Source of the DNA: an uncultured Dehalococcoidales bacterium
Lineage (GTDB): Bacteria; Chloroflexota; Dehalococcoidia; GIF9; UBA5629
NCBI GenBank assembly: GCA_964554375.1
Contig: CAZKOL010000004.1
Span: forward strand, 16,535 to 80,534
DNA: 64,000 bases
Direction: 5' to 3'
Every line of letters begins with the position of its first letter. Position 1 is the first letter of the stretch. Made by a program: the position numbers and the translations under genes. The notes under the pieces are model-generated. The model was not told the DNA's origin. It saw only the letters and a program-made list of their open reading frames with translations, and searched no databases. Below, in pieces: positions 50,021 to 60,630 of this stretch.

Positions 50021-51271
50021 ATGGAAAGTCAAAAATGCAAAGGGGCCCGCGACCTGCTGCCGGATGACATGGAGCGTTTCCGGCAGGTTGAGGATGCCTT
50101 CCGCAATTCGTGTTTGAACTGGGGCTACCGCGAGATCAGGACTCCCACGCTGGAATACATACACCTCTTCACAGCAGCGGGGACGCTGACTCCCGCCATG
50201 CTGGGGCGCGTCTACTCCTTCCTCGACTGGGACGGCTGGGGAGGCGAGCGCGTCGTCCTGCGTCCCGACGGGACCATACCGGCCGCCCGGCTCTACAGCG
50301 AGAACCTCTCAGCCCAGAAGGTAGCCCGCCTCTACTACATAACCAACGTCTTCGCATTTGAGGAAACCGGCCGTGAGAACCGTGAGAAATGGCAATGCGG
50401 AGTGGAGCTTTTAGGCGATTGTGACCGGGCTGCGGATGCCGAGGTCATCGCCCTGGCGCTGGAGATAGCGGGGTCGATGGGATTATCACAGCCGGAGCTA
50501 AAGCTGTCTCACGCGGGCATTTTGAAGGCGCTCATCGGCGAACTCAGGCTGGACGGGGACAGCAAGGCAGCCCTGCTGGATGATATACTCGAGGGCAACT
50601 GGCAGGCCTTTGCCAGCGTTAAAAGCAAGAACAGGGAAGTGGTCAACGCCATTGCAACCCTTATCAAGCTGAAGGGAAAATCAAGCGGTTTCCTGGCAAA
50701 CCTCAAGACCATGCCCGCCGTATCAGCGGATGTAAGGAATGAGATCGACCGCTTCTCCGAGGTTACCGCATTGCTGGATACAATGGGGATCAGCTACTCT
50801 ATCGACTTCACGTCCATCAGGGGCTTCGAATATTATACAGGCCTGTGTTTCAAGGTAACCTCGGGGGGCGCCAGGATATGCAGTGGTGGCAGGTACGACA
50901 ACCTGATAGGACTGGTAGGTGGCAAAGATATACCGGCCTGCGGTTTCGCCTTCTACCTGGACACCATTACAGCCATGGTTAAACCATGGTCGCAACAAAA
51001 GGCCGAGAAGACCGTGGCGGTTAAAACCACAGGAAAGTCAGCTTCCGTGGTCAAAACCGCATTTGAAGCGGCGGCGGCCATGCGCAAAGTCGGGCTTATT
51101 GCAGAACTCGATTTTCGCGGCAGCCAGCTAGAAGCACGCTGGTCCGTGACGGTCAATGTGCGGCCCGCCGGCTTCACTATAGTCGATAAATATAAGAATA
51201 CACGGATGAGAGTAGCTACGGTTGGCGAGGTCATCAACATGATCGGGGGTTTCAGCAAGCTTGGCCGGTAG
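50021..51271 (+). CDS. hisZ: ATP phosphoribosyltransferase regulatory subunit HisZ (HisRS paralog)
   Basis: 416 aa HisRS-like core (GGRYD). The histidine-binding motif is degenerate (FAFEE rather than FRYE). Directly precedes hisG. Confidence 0.75.
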   Translation: MESQKCKGARDLLPDDMERFRQVEDAFRNSCLNWGYREIRTPTLEYIHLFTAAGTLTPAMLGRVYSFLDWDGWGGERVVLRPDGTIPAARLYSENLSAQKVARLYYITNVFAFEETGRENREKWQCGVELLGDCDRAADAEVIALALEIAGSMGLSQPELKLSHAGILKALIGELRLDGDSKAALLDDILEGNWQAFASVKSKNREVVNAIATLIKLKGKSSGFLANLKTMPAVSADVRNEIDRFSEVTALLDTMGISYSIDFTSIRGFEYYTGLCFKVTSGGARICSGGRYDNLIGLVGGKDIPACGFAFYLDTITAMVKPWSQQKAEKTVAVKTTGKSASVVKTAFEAAAAMRKVGLIAELDFRGSQLEARWSVTVNVRPAGFTIVDKYKNTRMRVATVGEVINMIGGFSKLGR

Positions 51272-52691
51272 CGTAGCAGTTGATACCCGCCTGGCCCTGC
51301 CCAAGGGTAAAATGCTGGCGCGCACAGCCACGTTTCTCAATTCCATTGGCCTGGGTTTTGATCATTATACCTCAGGTACCCGCATTTACCGCATGAAGGC
51401 GCGGTCTATGCCGGGGCTGACGGCCAAAATGCTTAACGAGCGGGATATACCCGTCCAGGTTGCGGTGGGCAACTACGATTTCGGCATTTGCAGTTCAGAC
51501 TGGCTGCAGGAGCTGCAGGCCAGGTACCCGGCCAGCCACGTGATTAAAATTGCAGACCTGGGATACGATATTGCGGGCATTTACCTGGCCTGTTCCGCTT
51601 CCTCGGACATATCCGCGCAGGTCATGGCCAATAGTACCTCTGCCTGGCGCATAGTAACCGAATACCCGGCCCTGGCGGAGGCAGCCGCATACAAGATGCG
51701 GCTTAAAAGGTACCGCATCTTTCCCTGCTGGGGATCCACCGAAGCATACCCGCCTGAGAACGCCGATTTCTCGGTCCTGCGCGTCAGGGACGACTATACA
51801 CTGCGCAGCCTGAACTTGAGGCCGGTCAGGAGGATATGCGACAGCAATGCCTGCATCATCGCCAACAGCAATAATCTCCAGAACAGCGACTTCAGTTGCC
51901 TGCTTGAGCGCTTTGCCTCATCCACCACCATGAAAGATAAACCCTGGCAGGTCCAGGAGAAAGTGGCTGTACTAAATAACGACCTGGCCGGCGGCAGCCG
52001 TGCGGGCAATGTTTGGCTTGCGCTGGCCGACGGCCACCAGCAGGAGCATACCGCCACCTTCATGGAGAAGACGGGGATCCAGCTTAAAGGATACTCGAAA
52101 GATGATTTAAGGCGCCGCCCTTCTTGCAATTTTAACTGGCTCAGCATCAAAGTCATCCGGCCTCAGGACATGCCACAGCAGGTCGCCAACGGGAATTTTG
52201 ACCTGGCCATCACCGGTCGGGACTGGCTGCTCGACCACCTTTACCAGTTCCCATCCAGTCCCGTAGCCGAACTGGTCAACCTGGGCTTCGGATGGGTACG
52301 CATCGTGGCCGTGGTCAGCGAAGATGTGCCTGTGAACTCAACCAGCGCCCTGCGCAGCCTCATAGCAGGGGGTAAGATGGTCCCCCTGCGCATAGCCACG
52401 GAGTATGTCAACATAGCTGATAAGTATCTGCGCGATAAACACATTGCCCGTTACCGTGTCATACCTACATGGGGGGCGACTGAGGTCTATTTACCAGAGG
52501 ATGCTGACATGCTGATCGAAAACACGGAGACGGGTCAGACCCTGTCGCGGCATAAGCTCAAGATTATAGATACGCTCTTCGAGTCGACGGCCTGCCTGAT
52601 AGGCAACAGGCACAGCCTGGAAGCGCGCGGCAAAAAGGCCAGAATTGAGAATCTGGTCAGGATATTCCGTGAGGCGGTAAGCAAAAAATGA
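51261..52691 (+). CDS. hisG: ATP phosphoribosyltransferase, an unusual tandem fusion of two HisG(short) modules
   Basis: 476 aa. The C-terminal half has the canonical DFDLAITGRD and ENTETGQTLSRHKLK motifs. The N-terminal half is HisG-like (DFGICSSD) but has a degenerate PRPP loop (VRDDYTLRSLNL). Confidence 0.75.
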   Translation: MAGSVAVDTRLALPKGKMLARTATFLNSIGLGFDHYTSGTRIYRMKARSMPGLTAKMLNERDIPVQVAVGNYDFGICSSDWLQELQARYPASHVIKIADLGYDIAGIYLACSASSDISAQVMANSTSAWRIVTEYPALAEAAAYKMRLKRYRIFPCWGSTEAYPPENADFSVLRVRDDYTLRSLNLRPVRRICDSNACIIANSNNLQNSDFSCLLERFASSTTMKDKPWQVQEKVAVLNNDLAGGSRAGNVWLALADGHQQEHTATFMEKTGIQLKGYSKDDLRRRPSCNFNWLSIKVIRPQDMPQQVANGNFDLAITGRDWLLDHLYQFPSSPVAELVNLGFGWVRIVAVVSEDVPVNSTSALRSLIAGGKMVPLRIATEYVNIADKYLRDKHIARYRVIPTWGATEVYLPEDADMLIENTETGQTLSRHKLKIIDTLFESTACLIGNRHSLEARGKKARIENLVRIFREAVSKK

Positions 52692-53971
52692 AGGTGATAA
52701 GGGATTATCAGCAGGCTAAAAAAGCCCTCTGCCGCAGCATTCAGTACGACCCGGACAGCAGGATTGAAGCTTCCGTGCGCGAGATAATCGAAGATGTCAA
52801 GAAGGGCGGGGATGAAGCCCTGCTTACCTATACAGAGCGCTTCGAAGGAGCCCGTTTGAGATCTCTCGAGGTCACGCCCGGGGAGCTGGCGGCCGCCCGC
52901 AGATCGGCTCATCCGCAATTGATGAAAGCGCTCAAATTCGCCGCTGCACGCGTGGAAAGATTCCATAAAACCTGTATGCAGAGATACGGCCATAGTTTCC
53001 TTAAAGACGGGCTGGGACAGCAGGTGCTACCCCTCGAACGCGTGGGATTATACATCCCCGGAGGGACTGCTTCGTATCCCTCCACGGTCCTCATGACTTC
53101 CATCCCTGCAAGGGTGGCCGGGGTAAAAGAGATAATCATGGCCACGCCCTGCGGCAGTGACGGAAAAGTACCGGCCAGTACACTGGCCGCCGCCGGTATC
53201 GCCGGCGTTGACCGCATATTCAAGATCGGCGGCGCGCAAGCCGTGGCTGCCATGGCCTTTGGCACAGATTCGGTGCCGCGTGTGGACAAGATTTGCGGAC
53301 CCGGCAATGTATACGTCATGACCGCCAAGAAGCTGGTTTACGGCCTGGTGGATATCGATGCCCTGCAGGGGCCCAGCGAGGTCATGGTGATAGCCGACGG
53401 CTCCGCCGATCCCGCTTTTTGCGCTGCTGACCTGGTAGCACAATCGGAACATGACGCCACTGCCTCGTCAATTTTTGTAACCACGGCGGAAGGACTGGCT
53501 GTTAAAGTACAGATTGAACTTAAAAGGCAGCTTGCCGGGCTGAAAAGGAACAACATCGCCGGCAGGGCGCTGCAGGCAAACGGTTTGATCGTTATAGTGA
53601 AAACTCTCGAACAGGCTATAGAACTGGCCAACCTTTACTCACCTGAGCACCTCTCACTCATGGTCAGAAACGCAGGCCGCTATATTGACCGCATCAGGAA
53701 CGCCGGCTGCATTTGCGCCGGGTATTACTCGCCGGTGGTGCTGGGCGATTACGTTGCCGGTCCCAGCCATGCGCTGCCCACCGGAGGCAGTGCCCGCTTC
53801 AGCTCACCGCTGACCGTGCAGGATTTCCTCAAAATAAACAGCATCATTGCCCTTGATGACCGCGCCATCGAAACGCTTGGCCCGGTGGCCGCGTTGATGG
53901 CCGATAACGAAGGCCTGACCGGTCATGCCAATGCCGTGAGGATCAGGCTGGACAAGAGGAAAAACAAATAG
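52688..53971 (+). CDS. hisD: Histidinol dehydrogenase
   Basis: 427 aa. Contains the hisD region CGPGNVYV...SEH. Confidence 0.92.
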   Translation: MKVIRDYQQAKKALCRSIQYDPDSRIEASVREIIEDVKKGGDEALLTYTERFEGARLRSLEVTPGELAAARRSAHPQLMKALKFAAARVERFHKTCMQRYGHSFLKDGLGQQVLPLERVGLYIPGGTASYPSTVLMTSIPARVAGVKEIIMATPCGSDGKVPASTLAAAGIAGVDRIFKIGGAQAVAAMAFGTDSVPRVDKICGPGNVYVMTAKKLVYGLVDIDALQGPSEVMVIADGSADPAFCAADLVAQSEHDATASSIFVTTAEGLAVKVQIELKRQLAGLKRNNIAGRALQANGLIVIVKTLEQAIELANLYSPEHLSLMVRNAGRYIDRIRNAGCICAGYYSPVVLGDYVAGPSHALPTGGSARFSSPLTVQDFLKINSIIALDDRAIETLGPVAALMADNEGLTGHANAVRIRLDKRKNK

Positions 53972-54002
53972 AGTATTAAAATAGCCTACAGTTGTGTGAT
54001 AA

Positions 54003-54443
54003 ATGATCAGGGTACACCGCGGTAATTTCCTGTACACGCTGAACAGCATTCGGCAAAGCCTGTTTGCCTATCTCGAATCGGAACTCGCCAGGCAGGGTAT
54101 CGGCGGCATCGCCCCCTCTCACGGCGATATCCTGCATATCCTTGATAAGAAGGGCGCCCTCCACCTGCGCGATTTAACCGAACTGTCGCTCAAGGATAAG
54201 TCCACGATAACTGCGGTCATCAGCCGCCTGGAAAAGAACGGCTATGTGACCAGGAAAAGGGACGGTAATGATAAGAGACTGGTAAACATCCAGGTCACCG
54301 ATAAGGCCGAGACAGTCAAGCCGGCCCTGAGAAAAATATCCGAGAAGATGAATTCGCAGCTATTCGAGGGGTTAAGCGCGGAGGAAAAAAACACTCTCTT
54401 CAAATTAATGACCAGGGTGAGCCATAACGTTAACAAACTGTAA
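54003..54443 (+). CDS. MarR family transcriptional regulator
   Basis: Winged HTH LRDLTELSLKDKSTITAVISRLEKNGYVTRKRDGNDKR. Start is probably internal. Confidence 0.8.
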   Translation: MIRVHRGNFLYTLNSIRQSLFAYLESELARQGIGGIAPSHGDILHILDKKGALHLRDLTELSLKDKSTITAVISRLEKNGYVTRKRDGNDKRLVNIQVTDKAETVKPALRKISEKMNSQLFEGLSAEEKNTLFKLMTRVSHNVNKL

Positions 54444-54548
54444 TCCCTCCGGCCAAACGCCACCCCTCATCATCGTTTACATGATTCCCTGACCGTGTTA
54501 AAATAGTTTTATACAAAACTATTTATTAAATTCACGGAGGAGAGCCAG

Positions 54549-55373
54549 ATGAACGCCGAGAGCGAAATCATAGATGTCTGGATGCAGCACCCCACCATGA
54601 AGTTCGGCAACCACCAGATGTTCGATTCGTTGCGGAGGTGGACCGGGCAGGAGAGACTCCTGTCTGAGTTGCCGCTTGAGCTGACTATAAGCATGATGGA
54701 CCAGGCCCATGTCTCCAGGGGACTCATCTGCGCGTGGTGGAGCCCGACGGGACCTCTCATCTCCAACGACGAGGTAGCGGCTTTTGTTCAGAAATACCCC
54801 GGAAGGCTGGTCGGCGTGGCCTCAGTTAACCTGTACAGGCCGATGGAGGCGGTGAGGGAGCTCAGGCGCTGTGTCAAAGAGCTCGGTTTCAAGGCGCTGC
54901 GCATCGTGCAATGGCTATGGAACCTTCCTGCCACCGACCGCCGCTATTATCCCCTTTATGCAGAATGCATAGATCTCGACATCCCATTCTGCTGCCAGGT
55001 CGGTCACACCGGGCCGCTTTGCCCATCGGAGCCGGGCAGGCCTATTCCCTATATCGACGAGGTGGCGCTTGAGTTTCCCGAGCTCAAGATAGTCGGCGGG
55101 CATATAGGTTACCCATGGACAACGGAGATGATCGCCGTGGCGACCAAGCATGAGAACGTTTATATCGACACCTCAGCCTACGTCGCCAAGAGGTTCCCGG
55201 CGGAACTGGTAACATATATGCAAAAGAACGGCCGCAAGAAAGTCATGTTCGGCACCAATTACCCCATGGTCACGGCGGCCATGTGCCTGAAGGACCTGGA
55301 TTCGCTCCAGCTAACAGAGGAGGTTAAAAAACTCTTCCTCTACGAGAATGCCCAAAGGGTATTCGGCCTGTAA
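54549..55373 (+). CDS. Amidohydrolase-2 family metal-dependent hydrolase
   Basis: 274 aa with a TIM-barrel amidohydrolase pattern (HxH ... D). Confidence 0.6.
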   Translation: MNAESEIIDVWMQHPTMKFGNHQMFDSLRRWTGQERLLSELPLELTISMMDQAHVSRGLICAWWSPTGPLISNDEVAAFVQKYPGRLVGVASVNLYRPMEAVRELRRCVKELGFKALRIVQWLWNLPATDRRYYPLYAECIDLDIPFCCQVGHTGPLCPSEPGRPIPYIDEVALEFPELKIVGGHIGYPWTTEMIAVATKHENVYIDTSAYVAKRFPAELVTYMQKNGRKKVMFGTNYPMVTAAMCLKDLDSLQLTEEVKKLFLYENAQRVFGL

Positions 55374-55636
55374 ATTCCAGCCGCCGGGTAATTCTCATCC
55401 GCTGAAAATATCCGCCCGATGGTCCACCCATAGGAATATACGGGAGACTATGGAGTGCCCGTGGCGACCTGCTCATATCCATATCACAAAGCATTTTGAC
55501 AACGCGCCGGATTGCATGAGACTATTTAAGACGCTCTGCAATCACGTTGCACAATCCGTAGCGCGCTGATATAGTGAACTCGGAATGCAACGGAGGCTGC
55601 GGGTGAAAGCTGCCACCGGTTGGCAGGCGTAGATCA

Positions 55637-57607
55637 ATGGAATCATTTATCAGGTTAAATCCTATCGCTCTTTCGCTGGCAATACCCGCCCTGATATCGG
55701 GTAGTCTGGCTGCGTATGCTTTCACCCGGCGCCCGGTCGTGGGTTCGCGGGTCTTTGCCTTCCTCATGCTGGCTTTATGCGTGTGGTCCGTTTTTTATGG
55801 GGTGGAGCTGTCCTGCCTGCAACTCCAGGGAATGCTGATCAGCGCTGTGCTGGAATACATTGGGATTGCCGCCGTACCCGTGCTTTTCCTGATTTTAACG
55901 CTGGTATACACGGGAAGGGAAGAATGGGTGACCCAAAGGACTATCATCCTGCTTTTCGTAATACCCTTTATAACCATAGCAATGGTAGCCACTAACCATC
56001 TGCATTACTTTTATTACAGCACAACCAGCGTGGATACCGGCGGCCCATTTCCCATGATAGCGCTCACCAGGGGGCCGTGGTTTTGGGTACATTCTGTTTA
56101 CTCTTATGCCGCGCTTCTGGCAGCCACCTTTTTACTGATCGCAAGGATGGGGAAACCGGGTACTATGTTCCGCAAACAGGTAATAGCCATGCTGGTCGGA
56201 TTGTGCGCGCCCTGGACTGTGAATATCCTTTATGTGGCTGTCGGCCTGATGCCCTTTGGACACCTGGATCTAACGCCTTTTGCTTTTACCGTCACCGGTG
56301 TGGTGATCGCCTGGAGTATGTTCAGTCATAGTCTTTTCGACATTGTGCCCATGGCCTACGATAAGGTTGTCGATAGCATTGATGATGCCATCCTAGTGCT
56401 GGACAGGCGGAAAAGGATCGTGGAGTACAACAGGGCGGCCCGTGAAATCTTGGAATTATCCCAGGCCGATATAGGACAGTCCGTAGCAATTGTCTGGAAG
56501 GATAGGCCGGATTTATTGAAGCTGAGCGAGGCGGATGAGTCAAACCGTATCGAAATTGTATCCGGCCTGCGGGATTCGATTCGTTATTACGAGGCCTCCG
56601 CCTACGATGTGGAAGACAGGCACAGACGCCCTATAGGTAAAACCATATCGCTGCATGACACCACTGACAAGAAAAAGGCGGAGGAGGCGTTGCGGCAGAG
56701 CGAGGAAAAATACCGCACCCTTGTAGAGAATATCAACGACGTCTTTTACACACTTGATAACCAGGGGACCATTACCTATGTCAGCCCGGTAGTTGAGCGC
56801 TTAAGCAAGTACAAGGTCAGTGACTTAATAGGAAAACCTTTTACCTGCATTGTTTACCCGGATGACCTGCCGGGCCTTTTAGACAGTTTCAACCGCCTGG
56901 TGTCCGGTCAACTGGAACCGTGGGAGTTCCGCGCCCTGGATAAGGACGGCAGGATCATATTTGTGCGTACCTCCAGCCGGCCTATCTATGAAGATGGAGA
57001 GATCGTGGGTATCACAGCCCTGATAACGGATATTACAGAGCAAAAGAGGTTGGAGCAAGAACTCGTAAAAATGGCCACCCATGACTTCCTCACAGGGTTG
57101 CCAAACAGGGTATTGCTGATCGACCGTTTTAAAATGGCGGCAGCGCTGGCTCACCGCAACAAAGCCAGGCTTGCCATCATGTCGTTGGATCTGGATAAGT
57201 TAAAATCCATCAATGATACCCTCGGTCACGCTGTCGGAGATCAGGTGCTTAAGCTTAGCGGTATGCGGCTAACGGGCATAATTCGTGCCAGCGACACGCT
57301 AGCCCGAATTGGAGGAGACGAGTTCGTTCTGGTGATGCTGGAGACCCATCATATGGAAGATGCCACTGCTATAGCCCAAAAAATCCTGGATTCCTTTAAA
57401 GAGCCGTTATTGATCGAAGATCATCAGCTGCATTTGTCCACCAGCATAGGTATCGCTATATATCCCGAAGATGCAAAAGACCTGGAAACCCTGATTAAAA
57501 AATCCGATGCCGCACTGTATTACTGCAAAGGTCACGGCCGCAACCAGTTCAAATTCTTTGGCGACGGCGATGTCCGGTTTGAAGAAGATCGCGAAAACGC
57601 CACCTGA
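55637..57607 (+). CDS. Membrane sensor diguanylate cyclase (multi-TM sensor + PAS + GGDEF)
   Basis: 656 aa. About 7 N-terminal TM helices, a PAS region, and GGDEF motif RIGGDEFVLV. Confidence 0.85.
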   Translation: MESFIRLNPIALSLAIPALISGSLAAYAFTRRPVVGSRVFAFLMLALCVWSVFYGVELSCLQLQGMLISAVLEYIGIAAVPVLFLILTLVYTGREEWVTQRTIILLFVIPFITIAMVATNHLHYFYYSTTSVDTGGPFPMIALTRGPWFWVHSVYSYAALLAATFLLIARMGKPGTMFRKQVIAMLVGLCAPWTVNILYVAVGLMPFGHLDLTPFAFTVTGVVIAWSMFSHSLFDIVPMAYDKVVDSIDDAILVLDRRKRIVEYNRAAREILELSQADIGQSVAIVWKDRPDLLKLSEADESNRIEIVSGLRDSIRYYEASAYDVEDRHRRPIGKTISLHDTTDKKKAEEALRQSEEKYRTLVENINDVFYTLDNQGTITYVSPVVERLSKYKVSDLIGKPFTCIVYPDDLPGLLDSFNRLVSGQLEPWEFRALDKDGRIIFVRTSSRPIYEDGEIVGITALITDITEQKRLEQELVKMATHDFLTGLPNRVLLIDRFKMAAALAHRNKARLAIMSLDLDKLKSINDTLGHAVGDQVLKLSGMRLTGIIRASDTLARIGGDEFVLVMLETHHMEDATAIAQKILDSFKEPLLIEDHQLHLSTSIGIAIYPEDAKDLETLIKKSDAALYYCKGHGRNQFKFFGDGDVRFEEDRENAT

Positions 57608-57661
57608 TTTTTCCACTGAATCCCATAAACCGGATTTTTCTTTTCAGTCTCCTCTTGACCG

Positions 57662-57689
57662 GTCGTTGTGAGCGAGGCGAAGCAATCTG
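57662..57689 (+). repeat. Copy of the dispersed palindromic repeat (gtcgttgtgagcgaggcgaagcaatctg)
   Basis: Matches the consensus seen at 3693-3724. Lies between the GGDEF gene and hisC. Confidence 0.5.
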
Positions 57690-57777
57690 TCCCGCATGCA
57701 GCATTCACCTGTGAAATGGTAAAATAACAACGCTGCATTTTGTTATATAAACCGACGGCAGCCCGTTTCGGATAGAG

Positions 57778-58869
57778 ATGCTTAACGCAAACGATGTCGA
57801 AAAAATGATTCGCGCCGGCCTTAAAGGCATGAAGGCCTATACTCCCGTCGATCCCGTCGAGGTGCTTACTGGCCGCGCCGAAGTGCCGGCTGGTGAGACC
57901 GCCAAGCTGGATGGTAATGAGAACCCATACGGCTGCTCGCCGCGGGTGCAAAAGGCGCTGGCTAAATTCCAGGACTATAACAGGTACCCGGACCCCGACC
58001 AGCGGATAGTACGTAAGGCGCTGGCCGGGTACTCTGGCGCAGTAGCAGAGTCCATCGTGGCCGGCGCCGGCAGCGATGACCTCATCGACATTATCCTGCG
58101 ATTATTTATCGAGCCGGGAGACCGGGTGATTAACTGCCCGCCCACCTTCGGCATGTACCCGTTTTGCACCGTGATCACGGGAGGGGAGGTCATCAAGGTG
58201 CCGCGCAGGGCAGATTTCTCACTCGACCTTCCCGCGGTGAAAAAGTCGATTAATGCCACAACAAAGATCATCTTCATTGCATCGCCCAATAACCCCAGCG
58301 GCAATCAGGCTGGCGAAGCGGAGATAAAAGAGCTGCTTTCCATGGGCCTGATGGTGGTGGTCGACGAGGCCTATGTCGAGTTCAGCGGCAATTCTCTGGC
58401 GCCGCTGGTTCCTCAATACGCCAATCTTATTGTTCTGCGCACCTTCAGCAAGTGGGCCGGAATAGCAGGCCTGAGAGCTGGCTATGGCATCTGCCCGATC
58501 AATATCGTCCCGTATATGATGAAGATAAAACAACCCTACAACATCAACATGGCCGCCTATGTTGGCATACTGGAATCGCTGGCCGACATCGAGTACCTGC
58601 AGAAGACCGTCAGGGCGTTGATTAATGAGCGGGACGTGCTTTACAAGGTCCTGCAGCAGTTCAAGTGGCTCAAGCCCTATCCTTCCCAGGCCAACTTCAT
58701 CCTCTGCGCCGTGCTCGGCCGCAGCGCCAAAGACATCTACCTGAAGCTGCAGAAAAAGGGCATATTCATACGCTATTTCGAGACGCCCGAGCTAAAAGAT
58801 TACATCCGTATCAGCGCAGGGCGCCCGCAGGATACGGCCCGTGTAATTGCCGCGCTCAGGGATATGTGA
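57778..58869 (+). CDS. hisC: Histidinol-phosphate aminotransferase
   Basis: 363 aa class II aminotransferase with a PLP-Lys in FSKWAG. Confidence 0.88.
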   Translation: MLNANDVEKMIRAGLKGMKAYTPVDPVEVLTGRAEVPAGETAKLDGNENPYGCSPRVQKALAKFQDYNRYPDPDQRIVRKALAGYSGAVAESIVAGAGSDDLIDIILRLFIEPGDRVINCPPTFGMYPFCTVITGGEVIKVPRRADFSLDLPAVKKSINATTKIIFIASPNNPSGNQAGEAEIKELLSMGLMVVVDEAYVEFSGNSLAPLVPQYANLIVLRTFSKWAGIAGLRAGYGICPINIVPYMMKIKQPYNINMAAYVGILESLADIEYLQKTVRALINERDVLYKVLQQFKWLKPYPSQANFILCAVLGRSAKDIYLKLQKKGIFIRYFETPELKDYIRISAGRPQDTARVIAALRDM

Positions 58870-58906
58870 TACCCTTTGCCTTGAATCCAGCAGTAAAGAG
58901 GTGAAA

Positions 58907-59494
58907 ATGTCCGAACGCAAAGCAAGTGTCACCCGCCGCACGAAGGAAACCTCGGTCAGGGTCGAGGTCAATATCGACGGCAGCAGCCAGTACGAGGTCA
59001 CTACAGGCATACTTTTCTTCGACCACATGCTCTGCCAGCTTGCCCAGCATGGCGTCTTCGACCTCAAGATATCGGCCAACGGATCCGATCAACATCACGT
59101 GGTAGAGGATGTGGCCATCACGCTTGGCCGGACCTTTAACCAGGCGTTGGGCGATAAGCAGGGCATTGTCAGGATGGCCGATGCTGTAGTGCCGATGGAT
59201 GAAGCTGTAGCGCTGGTGGCGCTGGATATATCCGGCCGCGGCCATGCTATTATCGAGACTTCTATCAAGGAAGCCGTAATATCCGAAATGCAGTCCGACC
59301 TCGTGCACCATTTCTTTGTTTCTTTCGCCCAGGAAGCTCGAATTAATATCCACGCCTGGGTTTTAAGCGGCAAGAACGACCACCATAAGGCCGAAGCCCT
59401 GTTCAAGGCGCTGGCACGTACCCTCGATATGGCCACCCGCATCGATCCCCGTATCTCCAGCAGTATTCCCAGCACCAAGGAAAGCATCGATTAA
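58907..59494 (+). CDS. hisB: Imidazoleglycerol-phosphate dehydratase
   Basis: MSERKASVTRRTKETSVRVEVNIDGS, the IGPD signature. Confidence 0.9.
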   Translation: MSERKASVTRRTKETSVRVEVNIDGSSQYEVTTGILFFDHMLCQLAQHGVFDLKISANGSDQHHVVEDVAITLGRTFNQALGDKQGIVRMADAVVPMDEAVALVALDISGRGHAIIETSIKEAVISEMQSDLVHHFFVSFAQEARINIHAWVLSGKNDHHKAEALFKALARTLDMATRIDPRISSSIPSTKESID

Positions 59495-59620
59495 TCACAG
59501 CTTGATCGCGACTCATTGCGATATCCTGACGCCTGTCCATGATGTCTACAAGAGGCTTGATGCCTGCGTGAATAGCAAGCCTGTGCGGACAACTTAAACC
59601 GGAGACATCGGTCACCAGCG

Positions 59621-60412
59621 TTAAAGCAGCGTTTCCAATTCCTCGATCTTTGCCTCGAGCTCCGCCTGCGATTGCTTTTGCTCCTGTATAAGTCGCTTAA
59701 TCTCCGACAGCGTTACACCGTGGTCGCCCTCTCCCTCACGAACTCGCAATCCAAGCTCCCTCCCCCTGCGTCTACGCAAAAAAGCGTTGGCCAGGAAACC
59801 GGTCAGTGTGCCAAAGAGGGCCGTTCCTGCGCTCATCACGACGATGCCTACAAAGCGTCCCTCCCCCGTTACAGGCACAATGTCGCCATATCCGGTCGTA
59901 GTAACCGTCTGCCAGATAAACCATAGGGCATCTTGCGCGGTCGTTATCTGGGCACTAGGCGCTCTGGACTCGACCTTTATGATGGCTATGCTCCCAAATT
60001 CCAGTATGATCATTATAAGAAGCAGCACGGTGAGGAAAGCTACGGCGGAGATATTTTCCTTCAGATCGCGTTTTATATTATGCGCGCCGTAGCTATAGAG
60101 CATCCGCATGGTGCGAATGATGCGGAAGACGCGCACAAGCTTGGCCAGGTTGGAAGGGGCCACCGATAGCAGGTCGGCCCAGCCGAACTGTTTAAAAAAA
60201 TACGTGAACCTGGATTTTGCCAGCGAAAACCGGATTATGAAATCGACCAGGAATATGAAGCTGTACGTCCAGTCCATCAACCTCAGCACGCCGGCGATAT
60301 CACGATCCGGGGTGAGGTAGAAAATGAATACATTCGATATTGAAATGGCGCACAGCACCGCTATGAAAATCTCATAGCCGACATTCTTCAGCTCTTCAGG
60401 CTGGCGTGTCAC
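59621..60412 (-). CDS. Voltage-gated potassium channel (6TM Kv-like) with C-terminal coiled coil
   Basis: 263 aa. Selectivity filter TTTGYGD. S4-like helix LVRVFRIIRTMRM with Arg at every third position. Confidence 0.85.
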   Translation of the reverse strand: MTRQPEELKNVGYEIFIAVLCAISISNVFIFYLTPDRDIAGVLRLMDWTYSFIFLVDFIIRFSLAKSRFTYFFKQFGWADLLSVAPSNLAKLVRVFRIIRTMRMLYSYGAHNIKRDLKENISAVAFLTVLLLIMIILEFGSIAIIKVESRAPSAQITTAQDALWFIWQTVTTTGYGDIVPVTGEGRFVGIVVMSAGTALFGTLTGFLANAFLRRRRGRELGLRVREGEGDHGVTLSEIKRLIQEQKQSQAELEAKIEELETLL

Positions 60413-60630
60413 AGGTACCCCTTCACACGGACATGACCGGCCATCCGGCCTGGCGTCCCGTCAATCCTCTTAAACATCTTCGAAACCATTTTATACCATT
60501 TAAACAGCCGTTAACCAGCGTTGAACGTGCCTTTACAGGGCGAACCTGAAAATTTCCGTAACTGAGGGATATTGACATCCCCTTCCTGTACGCATAGAAT
60601 ACCAGCGGAACTAATTCAGGGAGGTATGGA

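Noticed and set aside
55380-55636. Possible riboswitch upstream of the GGDEF sensor
   Set aside because: The GC-rich segment ggctgcgggtgaaagctgccacc forms a simple stem but does not match c-di-GMP-I/II or other riboswitch consensus that I can recall. It was kept only as ordinary 5' UTR.
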